Shown here one piece after another: positions 9,979-20,361 of a stretch of 64,000 nucleotides of DNA. The stretch is taken from NCBI GenBank assembly GCA_964371215.1, contig CAYJKU010000003.1, positions 14,458-78,457 of the forward strand. The letters are read 5' to 3'. Position 1 is the stretch's first letter, and each line of letters starts with the position of its first letter. A program made the translations under genes and the position numbers. The notes beneath the pieces are model-generated. The model made no database searches, was not told the origin of the DNA, and saw only the letters and a list, made by a program, of their open reading frames with translations. The stretch comes from an uncultured Clostridium sp. (GTDB taxonomy: Bacteria > Bacillota > Clostridia > TANB77 > CAG-508).

Positions 9979-10425
9979 TTACTCTGAAATTATATCTATT
10001 TTTACTTTTCCTATTACACCTTCATATAGTTTTATTTCAACTGTTCTTATTCCAAGTGCTTTAATTGTTTCTTTTAATTCAATTTTTTTCTTATCTACTT
10101 TAATTTTTTGCTGTTTTTCTAATTCGTCTGCTATTTCTTTTGAAGATACTCCTCCAAATATTTTACCATTTTGTCCTGATTTCACTTTAATCTTTAAACT
10201 TATTTTTTCTAATTTTTCTGCTACTTTTTTAGCTTCTTCTCTTTCTTGATCTTTTTGAAATTTAACTCCATCTTTTTTAGCTTGTAACTTATCTAAATTC
10301 CCTTTATCTGCTTCTACTGCTAAATTTTTTGGAAATAAAAAATTTCTTGCATAACCATCAGATGCATTAATAACTTGATCTTTTTTTCCAACACCTTTTA
10401 TATCTGCTTTTAATATAACTTTCAT
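9979..10425 (-). CDS. rplI: 50S ribosomal protein L9
   Basis: MKVILKADIKGVGKKDQVINASDGYARNFLFPKNLA is the canonical L9 N-terminus. Start set at the second ATG (10425), which is preceded by GGAGG. Confidence 0.95.
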   Translation of the reverse strand: MKVILKADIKGVGKKDQVINASDGYARNFLFPKNLAVEADKGNLDKLQAKKDGVKFQKDQEREEAKKVAEKLEKISLKIKVKSGQNGKIFGGVSSKEIADELEKQQKIKVDKKKIELKETIKALGIRTVEIKLYEGVIGKVKIDIISE

Positions 10426-10561
10426 ATTTGCCTCCATTCACCTTTAAATTATGTTTTATAACTATATAACAATCTATTCAAAAATTCAATACCTTTAGTT
10501 ATTTTTATATAAAAATAACCCTTATGTTATTTGATACTCTAACACTTTCGGGTTATTTATT

Positions 10562-12586
10562 TTATTCTTGTTCTTCGAAATATTCATTAATTTTAGCCAT
10601 TAACATTTCTTTTGCCTCTTCTAATGTGGTTCCTTTAATTTGTGCACCTGCAAGTGTGATGTGACCACCACCACCTAATTTTTCTAGTATCATTTGCACA
10701 TTTATATCTCCAATTGATCTTCCACTTATAAATATCTTATCATCAGATATTCCTAAAACAAATGATGCTGTTATAGTACTTATTGTAAGCAATTCATCTG
10801 CTGCTTTTGCACATATTAAATTTGAGTTTTGCTCATCAAATTCATATGTTGCGATTGCTATTGTAGAATTTACTATATCTGCATTTTTAACAATATCTGC
10901 TATTTTGTTAAATGATTCAAAATTACTTTGAAACCATTTTTTAACTTTTATAATATCTACACCACATTTTCTTAAATATGCTGCTGCTTCAAATGTTCTT
11001 ACACCTGTTTTAAATATGAAATTTTTTGTATCCATCATTATTCCAGCATATAAACCTTCTGCTTCTACTGTTTTTAATTCAACTTCTGTTTCTGCATGTT
11101 GCAATAATTCTGTTACAAGTTCTGCCGCTGAAGATGCATATACTTCTTGGAATGTTAATGTTGCATTTTCTATAAAATCTGTACTTTTTCTATGATGATC
11201 AATTACAACTATTTCATCTGCCCCATCTAATAATTCTGGAACTTCTACAAAGTTCTTTTTATGTGTATCTACAATAACTAATAGTGTTTCTGTATCAACA
11301 TTTTCTAAAGCAACTTCTTTATTTATAAATAAATCTTCATATTCTTCATCTAATTCTAATTCTTCTTTAAAAGCTATAATTGAGTCTGTTACTTCTTCAT
11401 TAACTATATATGCATTTTTTCCTAAAGATTTTGCTAATCTATATATACCAATTGCTGAACCTAAAGCATCAATATCTGGCTTTTTATGCCCCATTATCAT
11501 AACCTTTTTAGATTCTCTAATTAAGTTTTCTAAAGCATGAGCCATTATCCTTGCTTTAACTTTAGTTCTTTTTTCAACTTCTTCTGTTCTTCCACCATAA
11601 AATTTATATATATCATTTTCTCTAATTACTGCTTGATCCCCACCACGTCCTAATACTATATCCATAGCACTTTGGGCTGATTTATATTTATCTTTATCTG
11701 TTGCCCCTTCATTAGATACAGCTATACTTAATGTAAACTTAAAGCTTTCATCTGTTTGAACTTCCTTAATTTTATCTAATATACTAAATTTATCTTCTTT
11801 TATTTTCTCTAAATATCTTTGTTCAAATAAATATACATATTTATCTCTATCAGATTTAATTAAAACTCCATTTGTTTCATCTGCCCAATCAATTATACAC
11901 TTGTCTATTTCTGCTATCATTTGAGGTTTTTCATCACTATCAAATCTTTTAACTGTTTCTTCATAATTATCTATCATAAGTAAACAAATACATGATTTTG
12001 AATCTTTATATTCTTGTGTTAATTTTTGATTTTCTGTCTCATCAATAAAATTTAAAATATACATATAACTTTTTTTATTATTTTTACTTTTATCTTTATA
12101 TGTGACATATTTAATTACAATCTTATATGTTTTTTCTATAATATCTACATTTTTAATTATTTCATTTACTGACTTTTCATTTTTTTCTTTATTTACTTTA
12201 AGATTTTCTTCATTTTCTTGAATTAAATCTTCTACATATGTCATTATATCTATATTTGCAAACACTGTTGAAAATTTTTTATTTTTCCATATTATATTTC
12301 CATCTTTTTGTAACACTAATAATGGAAATGGTGAATTGATTAAACTTGTTTTAGCTACTGTATCAATAGATAAACTTAAATCTTGTATTGTTTCAGATAT
12401 CTCATCTCTTTTTTTACTGTTAGTATAATATGTATATATTATAATTCCTAAAAGCACAAATACTGATGGAATTATTAACATATTATTTTGTATACACATA
12501 ACAATTAGAAGTATTACTATAATAATTATATATGTTTTACTTCTTGCTAAAATTTTATCAAGCATTCTTTTGTTTTTATTAGGCAT
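10562..12586 (-). CDS. gdpP: DHH/DHHA1 phosphodiesterase GdpP (cyclic-di-AMP phosphodiesterase)
   Basis: Two N-terminal TM helices, a central sensor-like region, and a DHH motif (VVIDHHRK) with GGGH near the C-terminus. The gdpP-rplI-dnaB order is conserved in Firmicutes. Confidence 0.85.
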   Translation of the reverse strand: MPNKNKRMLDKILARSKTYIIIIVILLIVMCIQNNMLIIPSVFVLLGIIIYTYYTNSKKRDEISETIQDLSLSIDTVAKTSLINSPFPLLVLQKDGNIIWKNKKFSTVFANIDIMTYVEDLIQENEENLKVNKEKNEKSVNEIIKNVDIIEKTYKIVIKYVTYKDKSKNNKKSYMYILNFIDETENQKLTQEYKDSKSCICLLMIDNYEETVKRFDSDEKPQMIAEIDKCIIDWADETNGVLIKSDRDKYVYLFEQRYLEKIKEDKFSILDKIKEVQTDESFKFTLSIAVSNEGATDKDKYKSAQSAMDIVLGRGGDQAVIRENDIYKFYGGRTEEVEKRTKVKARIMAHALENLIRESKKVMIMGHKKPDIDALGSAIGIYRLAKSLGKNAYIVNEEVTDSIIAFKEELELDEEYEDLFINKEVALENVDTETLLVIVDTHKKNFVEVPELLDGADEIVVIDHHRKSTDFIENATLTFQEVYASSAAELVTELLQHAETEVELKTVEAEGLYAGIMMDTKNFIFKTGVRTFEAAAYLRKCGVDIIKVKKWFQSNFESFNKIADIVKNADIVNSTIAIATYEFDEQNSNLICAKAADELLTISTITASFVLGISDDKIFISGRSIGDINVQMILEKLGGGGHITLAGAQIKGTTLEEAKEMLMAKINEYFEEQE

Positions 12587-12618
12587 TTTATTTCTCCTTA
12601 ATTTTTATCATTTATCTT

Positions 12619-12831
12619 CTAGAAATGTAGTTCTTCGTATACTTCTGCCATTTCATCATCATATTGGTCTTGAATCAATTCTATTTGTTTTGCTTGTGCT
12701 GAAAGTTTAGCACTATTTGTCATAAAAACAGCTACTAATATAAGCATTATAACCATCATACTTATAACAACAAATAAAGTTATTGACCCTTTATTACTAT
12801 TTATTCTTCTTTTTAATCTATTTTTATCCAT
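12619..12831 (-). CDS. small single-pass membrane protein, unknown function
   Basis: 70 aa, AAGGGG SD 7 nt upstream. A basic N-terminus is followed by GSITLFVVISMMVIMLILVAVFM, which resembles TadE/pseudopilin-like N-termini. No pilus genes are nearby. Confidence 0.5.
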   Translation of the reverse strand: MDKNRLKRRINSNKGSITLFVVISMMVIMLILVAVFMTNSAKLSAQAKQIELIQDQYDDEMAEVYEELHF

Positions 12832-12940
12832 TTAGTACCCCTTATTAATTAATTCTTATAATTAATTATATTTTAAACTTTTTAAGTTAAAATTACAACA
12901 TAAAACAAAAATTTATTAATATATTTTTCCTTTGAAACAT

Positions 12941-12981
12941 TGAAAGTTAAAAATACTATTAAATAATACTTTTAACTTTCA
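12941..12981 (-). terminator. long hairpin downstream of the M23 peptidase gene
   Basis: tgaaagttaaaaata / tacttttaactttca arms (15 bp, one mismatch). The T-run is weak. Confidence 0.4.
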
Positions 12982-12991
12982 TTTCTTTATC

Positions 12992-13951
12992 TTAATTGTA
13001 TATATATGCTTGTGGATTTACTGTTTTACCATTCATCCATAATTCTAAGTGTAAATGTGGCCCTGTTGAATTCCCTGTTGAACCTAATGCTGCAATTACA
13101 TCACCTGCATTTACATATTCACCTTCTGATACATATAATTGGCTACAGTGAGCATATAATGATTCAAATCCTGAACCATGATCTATTTTTATATAATATC
13201 CATATGATGAATTATATTCTGCACATATTATTGTACCTGATGATACTGCTGAAATAGGTGTTCCTTGTGTCGCTGCAATATCTAATCCAGTATGTGCTGA
13301 TGTTCTTAAACTACTTATTTCACCATATCTCGAGGTTATTATCCCTTGAACTGGTGTTGCTGCAATTTTAATACCATTTATTTCTGGTAATGCGTCATAT
13401 TCTTCTTGAGCAATTCTTTCAGCTTCTTTTTGTTCTGCAATCGTAATTGCTTTACCTTTTATTTCTAATTTAGCTGTTTCAAAATCCGAAACATTTATTT
13501 CTTCACTATTTTGAGTAAAACTTTCTATTACACTTAAACTTTCTATTTCAGTTCCATCTGAATTTATTATATTAATTAATTCTTCGGCTTCTTCCATAGT
13601 GTTTACTGTTTGTATTATTTCTTCTGCTACAGTTATATTATAGTATTTATATGTTACTATAGCACTTTCTTTTATAGTTTCTATCATCTCAGATTCATTT
13701 GTGTCTTCAGATCTACTAACTAACATTAGTTCATATTCTGGTTCTACTTGTAAATCTATATTATCTACATTTAAATTTTGCGAATTTATAATATTTTCTC
13801 TAACTTTTTCTTCTAATAAATTTGTATCACCGATATAACCAATTACTTGCCCATCAATTGATACTTTATAAGTCAAATTATATTTTATACATATCATTAC
13901 TGCTATTAAAATAACTGTAATAACCAATAACATTATATATTTTAAATACAT
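12992..13951 (-). CDS. M23 family metallopeptidase, membrane-anchored (paralog 1)
   Basis: C-terminal LytM motifs HTGLDIA, IDHG and GSTGNSTGPHLHLE, plus an N-terminal TM. The true start may lie upstream at 13987 (see findings). Confidence 0.85.
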   Translation of the reverse strand: MYLKYIMLLVITVILIAVMICIKYNLTYKVSIDGQVIGYIGDTNLLEEKVRENIINSQNLNVDNIDLQVEPEYELMLVSRSEDTNESEMIETIKESAIVTYKYYNITVAEEIIQTVNTMEEAEELINIINSDGTEIESLSVIESFTQNSEEINVSDFETAKLEIKGKAITIAEQKEAERIAQEEYDALPEINGIKIAATPVQGIITSRYGEISSLRTSAHTGLDIAATQGTPISAVSSGTIICAEYNSSYGYYIKIDHGSGFESLYAHCSQLYVSEGEYVNAGDVIAALGSTGNSTGPHLHLELWMNGKTVNPQAYIYN

Positions 13952-14032
13952 TTTATTTCTGTTTTTTCTTAGTTTTCTGTTTAAAATAAATTACACTCTC
14001 CTTTTGCTTATTTTATTAAACAACTAAACACT

Positions 14033-14061
14033 ATTATACTATATATTGTATCCAAAATCAA
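14033..14061 (-). promoter_or_regulatory. sigma-A type promoter for M23 paralog 1
   Basis: The minus strand reads TTGATT (14061-14056), a 17-nt spacer, then TATAAT (14038-14033). Confidence 0.5.
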
Positions 14062-14186
14062 ATTCAATATGCATGTTTTTATCTATATTTATCCATTTCA
14101 GCCATTAAATACTCTTTTAACACTTAATACCAATATAAATTACTCTCTATTTCTCTATATTTCTCTCTTTTTCTATCATTTCCTAC

Positions 14187-14214
14187 TTGACCTATTTTTT
14201 ATTTATGATATAAT
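14187..14214 (+). promoter_or_regulatory. sigma-A type promoter for the XRE regulator gene
   Basis: TTGACC (14187-14192), a 16-nt spacer, then TGaTATAAT with the -10 at 14209-14214. Confidence 0.5.
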
Positions 14215-14313
14215 AATATTGGTTTACTAGTATGTTCTATTTTCACTTTAAAGTTTCTGTAAGTTTAAACATTAAAATGCTATATTAATCTCAAAGATAG
14301 GAAGGTGATATTA

Positions 14314-14655
14314 ATGGCCCTAGATTATGCTATTATCGGTCAAAGAATTAAAAAAGCAAGACTTGCGAAAAAATTTACTCAAGAGTATTTAGCAGAACAA
14401 ATAGATATTTCTGTTGCGTTTCTAAGTAGAGTTGAAAGAGGAAGTTCTCGTGTTAATTTAAAAAGATTAAATCAACTTTGTAATTTATTAGATGTATCTG
14501 AAGGTTACCTATTAAATGGTGCTGCAAGTGATTCTTCTAATTATTTAAGTAAAGAATTTTCTGAATTAATAAGAAATTGCTCTCCTGAAAAACAGAAATT
14601 AATATATGGTGTAGCTAAAGTTATAGCTGAATCAAATATGAATCCTGAGGATTAA
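14314..14655 (+). CDS. XRE family helix-turn-helix transcriptional regulator
   Basis: IGQRIKKARLAKKFTQEYLAEQIDISVAFLSRVERG is a typical HTH_3 domain. Start set at the ATG at 14314, about 7 nt after AGGAAGGTGA. Confidence 0.85.
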   Translation: MALDYAIIGQRIKKARLAKKFTQEYLAEQIDISVAFLSRVERGSSRVNLKRLNQLCNLLDVSEGYLLNGAASDSSNYLSKEFSELIRNCSPEKQKLIYGVAKVIAESNMNPED

Positions 14656-14676
14656 TTTTAATAAATATATATTGAG

Positions 14677-14705
14677 AAAGAGAATTTTTATAATTCTCTT
14701 TTTTG
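14677..14705 (+). terminator. rho-independent terminator after the XRE gene
   Basis: aaagagaatt / aattctcttt 10-bp stem, 5-nt loop, followed by a T-run. Confidence 0.75.
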
Positions 14706-14839
14706 TTGCAAAAACGACAGCTTTTAATTATTTAAACTATTATTATTACATTAAAAGAGATTGATTTTTTTTCTTTACTATGCTATTATATAAAACGCCG
14801 GAATTTGGAAATAATATACTATACAGGAGGATAAATAAA

Positions 14840-17077
14840 ATGAAATTTGAACAATGGGAAAATTTTAATATTGGAGAATGGATGTATGAAATCAGTGTAA
14901 GAGATTTTATACAAAAAAACTATACTCCTTATGAAGGTAATGATTCTTTTTTAGTAGGAGCTACTGAAAAAACAAAGAAATTATGGGATAAAGTTTTAGA
15001 ATTATATAAATTAGAACATGATTCAAAAGGTGGTGTTCTTGACATAGATACCTCTATTGTATCTACTATTTCAAGCCATGATGCTGGTTATATAGATCAA
15101 GAATTAGAAACAGTAGTTGGTTTACAAACTGATTCTCCTTTAAAAAGAGCTATAATGCCTTTTGGTGGAATTAGAATTGTAGAAAATTCATGTAAATCAT
15201 ATGATAGAGAAATAGATCCACAAGTACATGATACATTTACCAAATATAGAAAAACACATAATGATGGTGTATTTAATGTATATTCTGCAGATATTAGAGC
15301 TGCTAGAAGCTCTCATTTATTAACTGGTTTACCAGATGGATATGGGCGTGGAAGAATAATCGGAGATTATAGAAGAGTTGCACTATATGGTGTAGATATG
15401 CTTATATCTGAAAAAAATAAAGAAATGGATATGCTTGACTCAAGTATGTTTAATGATGAAATAATAAGAGATAGAGAAGAAATATTTGAACAAATAAAGG
15501 CTCTAAAAGAATTAAAAGTTATGGCTGCTAAATATGGATTTGATATATCTGTACCAGCTAAAAATAGTAAAGAAGCTATTCAATGGTTATATTTTGGATA
15601 TTTAGCTGCAATTAAAGATCAAAATGGTGCTGCAATGAGTTTAGGTAGAGTTTCTACATTTTTAGATATATATTTTGAAAGAGATTTAAAAGCTAATTTA
15701 ATAACTGAAGACGAAATTCAAGAATTAATGGATCATTTTATAATGAAATTAAGATTAGTAAGATTTTTAAGAACACCTGAATATAACGAACTATTTAGTG
15801 GAGACCCTGTATGGGTAACTGAATGTGTTGGTGGAATGGGATTAGATGGAAGAACACTTGTTACTAAAACTGCTTTTAGAACACTTCATACACTTCAAAC
15901 TTTAGGACCTGCTCCTGAACCAAACTTAACTGTTCTATGGTCTACAAGACTTCCAGAAGGATTTAAAAATTTCACATCTAAATTATCTATTGAAACTTCA
16001 TCTATTCAATATGAAAATGATGATTTAATGAGAATAACTTTAGGTGATGATTATGGTATTGCTTGTTGTGTTTCTCCTATGAAAATAGGGAAACAAATGC
16101 AATTCTTTGGTGCTAGGGCAAACTTAGCAAAAACATTATTATATGCTATAAATGGTGGAAAAGATGAAAAATCTGGAAAACAAATAACACCAGAATATGA
16201 ACCAATAACATCTGAATACTTAGATTTTGATGAGGTAATTGAAAAATTTGAACAAATGATGGATTATGTTGCACAAATATATATAAAAGCATTAAATGCT
16301 ATACACTATATGCATGACAAATATTCATATGAAGCTATTGAAATGGCATTACATGATAAAGATATTTTAAGAACAATGGCATGTGGAATTGCAGGGCTTT
16401 CAGTTGTAGCTGATTCTTTATCTGCTATTAAATATTCTAAAGTCAAAATAATAAGAGATGAAAACGGACTAGCAATCGATTATGTTGTTGAAGGTGATTA
16501 CCCTAAATTTGGTAACGATCTTCATGAAGTTGATGAAATAGCTATTCAAATAACTAAATCGTTTTTAGCAAAATTAAAAAAACATCAAACTTATAGAAAT
16601 TCTAAACATACATTATCTATATTAACTATAACATCAAATGTAGTATATGGAAAAGCAACTGGTAGTACTCCAGATGGAAGAAAAGCTGGAGAACCTTTTG
16701 GACCTGGTGCAAACCCTCTTCATGGAAGAGATACTAATGGTGCATTAGCTGTTATGAATTCAATAGCAAAATTACCTTTTGACCATGCCGAAGATGGAAT
16801 ATCTTATACATTTTCGATAACACCTGGAACTCTTGGAAAAGAAATGGATTCAAGAATTTCAAATTTAGTAAATATGTTAGATGGATATTTCTCACAAACT
16901 GGTCATCATATAAATGTAAATGTTTTTGATAAAGCATTACTAGAAGATGCTATGGAACATCCAGAAAAATACCCTCAATTAACAATAAGAGTATCTGGAT
17001 ATGCTGTGCACTTCACAAAATTAAACAAAGAACAACAATTAGATGTAATTACAAGAACAATTCATCAAAGAATTTAA
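14840..17077 (+). CDS. pflB: formate C-acetyltransferase (pyruvate formate-lyase)
   Basis: Active-site ACCVSPM (Cys-Cys) and the glycyl-radical motif RVSGYAVHF near the C-terminus. Start moved to the ATG at 14840, preceded by CAGGAGG. Confidence 0.95.
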   Translation: MKFEQWENFNIGEWMYEISVRDFIQKNYTPYEGNDSFLVGATEKTKKLWDKVLELYKLEHDSKGGVLDIDTSIVSTISSHDAGYIDQELETVVGLQTDSPLKRAIMPFGGIRIVENSCKSYDREIDPQVHDTFTKYRKTHNDGVFNVYSADIRAARSSHLLTGLPDGYGRGRIIGDYRRVALYGVDMLISEKNKEMDMLDSSMFNDEIIRDREEIFEQIKALKELKVMAAKYGFDISVPAKNSKEAIQWLYFGYLAAIKDQNGAAMSLGRVSTFLDIYFERDLKANLITEDEIQELMDHFIMKLRLVRFLRTPEYNELFSGDPVWVTECVGGMGLDGRTLVTKTAFRTLHTLQTLGPAPEPNLTVLWSTRLPEGFKNFTSKLSIETSSIQYENDDLMRITLGDDYGIACCVSPMKIGKQMQFFGARANLAKTLLYAINGGKDEKSGKQITPEYEPITSEYLDFDEVIEKFEQMMDYVAQIYIKALNAIHYMHDKYSYEAIEMALHDKDILRTMACGIAGLSVVADSLSAIKYSKVKIIRDENGLAIDYVVEGDYPKFGNDLHEVDEIAIQITKSFLAKLKKHQTYRNSKHTLSILTITSNVVYGKATGSTPDGRKAGEPFGPGANPLHGRDTNGALAVMNSIAKLPFDHAEDGISYTFSITPGTLGKEMDSRISNLVNMLDGYFSQTGHHINVNVFDKALLEDAMEHPEKYPQLTIRVSGYAVHFTKLNKEQQLDVITRTIHQRI

Positions 17078-17083
17078 TATTTA

Positions 17084-17120
17084 ACTGTCCTAGCTGCACT
17101 CAAAATGTAACTAGGACAGT
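17084..17120 (+). other. intercistronic stem-loop between pflB and pflA
   Basis: actgtcctag / ctaggacagt 10-bp perfect stem with a 17-nt loop and no T-run. It may be an mRNA-processing or stability element or a weak attenuator. Confidence 0.4.
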
Positions 17121-17140
17121 ATCAATAAGGTGGAATAATT

Positions 17141-17869
17141 ATGGATAAATTAGATACAAAATATTATGCAAAAATACATTCAATCGAATCATTTGGTACT
17201 GTTGATGGCCCTGGAATTAGATTTGTACTTTTTCTTCAAGGTTGTAATCTTCAATGTAAATATTGTCATAATAGAGATACTTGGGATATAAATAAAGGAA
17301 CTTATCATTCAGTTGATGATATATTTGATAAAATTATTAAATATAAAAATTATATCATGCCAAGTGGAGGAGTTACTATCACAGGTGGAGAACCTCTTTT
17401 ACAAGCAAAATTTTTAATTAATCTTTTCAAAAAACTAAGAGAAGAAAATATACATACTTGTATTGATACAGCTGGCATGGTTCCTATAACAGATGATATA
17501 AAAGAACTATTATCCCTAACAAACTTAGTTTTGTTAGATATCAAACATATTGATGATACCAAATGTAAAAACCTTGTTGGAAAATCTAATACACTAGAAT
17601 TAAATTTTGCAAAATATTTAAGTGATAATAATATACCTGTATGGATTAGACAAGTTCTAATTCCAGGATATACAGATGACGAAAAAGATTTAATAGATTT
17701 AAAAAACTTTATTGCTACTTTAACAAATGTTAAAAAAGTAGAATTGCTACCATACCATAGTATTGGTAAATATAAATGGAAAGAATTAAATCAAAATTAT
17801 GATTTCAATTCAGTTAAAGATGCTGATTCTGATGCTATTAATAAAGCAAAAACAATATTAAATATATAA
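17141..17869 (+). CDS. pflA: pyruvate formate-lyase activating enzyme (radical SAM)
   Basis: The N-terminal GxVDGPGIRF motif is present as GTVDGPGIRF, followed by the CNLQCKYCHN radical-SAM cluster. The gene sits immediately downstream of pflB. Confidence 0.92.
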   Translation: MDKLDTKYYAKIHSIESFGTVDGPGIRFVLFLQGCNLQCKYCHNRDTWDINKGTYHSVDDIFDKIIKYKNYIMPSGGVTITGGEPLLQAKFLINLFKKLREENIHTCIDTAGMVPITDDIKELLSLTNLVLLDIKHIDDTKCKNLVGKSNTLELNFAKYLSDNNIPVWIRQVLIPGYTDDEKDLIDLKNFIATLTNVKKVELLPYHSIGKYKWKELNQNYDFNSVKDADSDAINKAKTILNI

Positions 17870-17899
17870 AAAATACATGAGTTACTTCTCATGTATTTT
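17870..17899. terminator. bidirectional rho-independent terminator between pflA and tatD
   Basis: aaaatacatgag / ctcatgtatttt 12-bp stem, 6-nt loop, with A and T runs on both sides. Confidence 0.75.
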
Positions 17900-17902
17900 T
17901 AG

Positions 17903-18697
17903 TTATACTCCAAATATTTCATTAATATTTTCTCTTGTCATCTTAGCTACTTCTTCGACTGGTATGTTTTTAATTTCAGCAATTTTTTCTGCCACAAATC
18001 TTACATTACTCGAGTCATTTCTTTTACCTCTATTTGGCTCTGGAGATAAATATGGACTATCTGTTTCTATTAAAATTCTATCATTTGGTATCATATTTAT
18101 AATTTCTTCTGCATTTTTTACATTTTTAAATGTAATAGGTCCTGCAATAGAAATATAATATTCTAAATCTAAAGCATTTCTTATCAATTCCATATTTAAT
18201 TGACAACAATGAAACACACCTTTTCTATTAACATTATTTTCTTTTAATATTTCAATAGTATCTATCCATGCATCTCTTGAATGAATTACAATTGGTAAAT
18301 CGTACTTATTTGCTAATTCTATTTGTTTAACAAACAATTCTTTTTGTAAATCCAAATTCTCTTTATTCCAATAATAATCTAATCCAATTTCGCCTACCGC
18401 TATAACTTTGTTATTTTCTTTTTTTTGTATGTTTTCTTTAAGTACTTTCTCAATTTCATCAACATTATTCCACAATTCATTAACATTTTGTGGAATGTCG
18501 TTTGGCGAAATACCTATAACTGCATATATGTTTTCATTTGCATTTGCAAGTTTTATAGCATCTAAACTACTGTTTAAATTATAACCTGATTCTATAAAAC
18601 CACTTATCCCTTTTTCTTTATAACCAGCTAACACTTGTTCTCTATCTTCATTAAATTTTGCATCACATATATGTGCATGACTATCAAAAAACTCCAT
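17903..18697 (-). CDS. tatD: TatD family metal-dependent hydrolase
   Basis: The MEFFDSHAHI N-terminal HxH motif, EIGLDYY, and the conserved His/Asp pattern. Confidence 0.88.
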   Translation of the reverse strand: MEFFDSHAHICDAKFNEDREQVLAGYKEKGISGFIESGYNLNSSLDAIKLANANENIYAVIGISPNDIPQNVNELWNNVDEIEKVLKENIQKKENNKVIAVGEIGLDYYWNKENLDLQKELFVKQIELANKYDLPIVIHSRDAWIDTIEILKENNVNRKGVFHCCQLNMELIRNALDLEYYISIAGPITFKNVKNAEEIINMIPNDRILIETDSPYLSPEPNRGKRNDSSNVRFVAEKIAEIKNIPVEEVAKMTRENINEIFGV

Positions 18698-18716
18698 TTT
18701 TTAACCTTTCACTTAT

Positions 18717-19091
18717 TTATTTTGTAAGAATTACTACATTAGCAACTACATTTGTTCTATTGTGTGAAATGCTAACATCTATATTTTGTATATTTGAATA
18801 ATCTAAATTATTTATATGAATATTTGGTCTTCCATTTTCATCATTTGAAATTATTAAATCTTGCCATGTTACATCATATTTATCCTTAAGTAAATTCGAT
18901 ACTGCCTTAAATGCTGCTTCCTTTGCTGCAAATCTAGCTGCATAATGTTGGTATCTTTGCACTTTTTTATTTTCACAGTATTCAATTTCGTCTTGTGTGT
19001 AAATTCTCTTTAAAAAAGCATCACCTAAATTTTCTATGCTTTCTTTTATTCTTTCTATTTCTATTATATCTACTCCACAATATATATTCAT
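18717..19091 (-). CDS. acpS: holo-[acyl-carrier-protein] synthase
   Basis: GVDIIEIERI, FAAKEAAFKA and a length of about 124 aa are typical of AcpS. Confidence 0.85.
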   Translation of the reverse strand: MNIYCGVDIIEIERIKESIENLGDAFLKRIYTQDEIEYCENKKVQRYQHYAARFAAKEAAFKAVSNLLKDKYDVTWQDLIISNDENGRPNIHINNLDYSNIQNIDVSISHNRTNVVANVVILTK

Positions 19092-19116
19092 TTTTTATTC
19101 CTTCATTTTAATTTTA

Positions 19117-20346
19117 TTAATATAACAATAGATTAATTAGATTAACAACTAACGTTATTCCTAATATTCCTGCTATTATCCCTAATGTTTTTCTACTTTT
19201 AACAATATTATATTCTTTATATAATAATTCGTATTTTTCTTTCACATTTTTGTATAATTTATCTAATTCAAATTTACTATGTAATTCTTCATTTAGTAAA
19301 TTTCCTGATTCATTATCTGTTATTTCTGAAATCCATAATTTTTTTGAAAATTCAATAAATTCTTTTCTTCCTTTTTTTATTTTATCTATTGAATTTAAAT
19401 ATTTTCTAATTTTTTTCAAATATATTTTTTTATACAAATTTATAATTGTTGTATATAAATATTGATTTTCAAATTCTTCCGGTAAAATTGTATAATTATT
19501 TATATCATTTGTTGATGAAAATAAATTAACCGATTGTTTAGTTATCCCAATTTTAGAGTATTTCCATTTAGAAAATATTTGTAATTCATCATAACTATAT
19601 TTTTTTGAACTATCAGCTGGTAATATATTTGTGTATTTCACAAATTGTTCTTTAATATTTTCGAATGATTCTTCACTATTCCATGATTCTTGGTCTATAC
19701 ATATATATGAATATGTAAAAAATCTTTCTGTATCTATATCTAATTTTCTTGCTTCTAGATTGTCTCCTGTTATTCTCTTAACAAATTCTTGGAAGTCTTC
19801 AACATCTTCAAAACTGTTCGTTTGAAGTCTAATATTATCTGATTTATCTGATATTGAAACATTATTATTTATATCTCTAAATTTATAATTAAAATTTAAT
19901 ATATTTGAGAATTTAGTATTTTCTTCAACATCTGTTTTAATAACTAAGAAACAAATTCCAGTATTAAAACATACTATCTCTATTTTTTGGATATTAAAAA
20001 ATATACCTTTTTTTCCTTCTGAGTCTACTTTTCCTTGAATATTATCTTTTAAATTATATTCAAATATATTACATTCATATTTAGATAATATAGCTGCTTG
20101 TGTATCTATTGGTAATTCTTTTAATTCTTTTAATTTAGTATTATTTAATTCGAAATTATTACAAAATATTTCCCTTGCTTTTGGTAAGAAATATTTATAT
20201 ATTCTCAAATCTTTTTCTTTTTGAAAACTTTTCAATTTAAAATTTTTATCTTTTATCATTTTTAATATATAATTTTTATATTTCCTATCATTTATTATAA
20301 ATGGTTGTATAAAATATGTATATTGATAATTTATCTTTAGCTCCAT
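19117..20346 (-). CDS. hypothetical tail-anchored protein (soluble N-domain, coiled-coil, single C-terminal TM)
   Basis: 409-aa ORF with a GAAGGTGG SD. Its only hydrophobic segment is the extreme C-terminus, TLGIIAGILGITLVVNLINLLLY. No family recognised. Confidence 0.6.
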   Translation of the reverse strand: MELKINYQYTYFIQPFIINDRKYKNYILKMIKDKNFKLKSFQKEKDLRIYKYFLPKAREIFCNNFELNNTKLKELKELPIDTQAAILSKYECNIFEYNLKDNIQGKVDSEGKKGIFFNIQKIEIVCFNTGICFLVIKTDVEENTKFSNILNFNYKFRDINNNVSISDKSDNIRLQTNSFEDVEDFQEFVKRITGDNLEARKLDIDTERFFTYSYICIDQESWNSEESFENIKEQFVKYTNILPADSSKKYSYDELQIFSKWKYSKIGITKQSVNLFSSTNDINNYTILPEEFENQYLYTTIINLYKKIYLKKIRKYLNSIDKIKKGRKEFIEFSKKLWISEITDNESGNLLNEELHSKFELDKLYKNVKEKYELLYKEYNIVKSRKTLGIIAGILGITLVVNLINLLLY

Positions 20347-20361
20347 TTTTCCACCTTCTAA

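Noticed and set aside
14780-14839. Upstream extensions of several track ORFs (pflB 14780, rplI 10437, spoIIE 24462, mreB 40128, murF 52655, vanW-like 53020, VOC 58714, cbpA-like 50072)
   Set aside because: In each case an internal ATG sits 4-9 nt downstream of a clear GGAGG-like SD and matches the conserved N-terminus of the family. The extensions overlap the SD, the promoter or a neighbouring gene.
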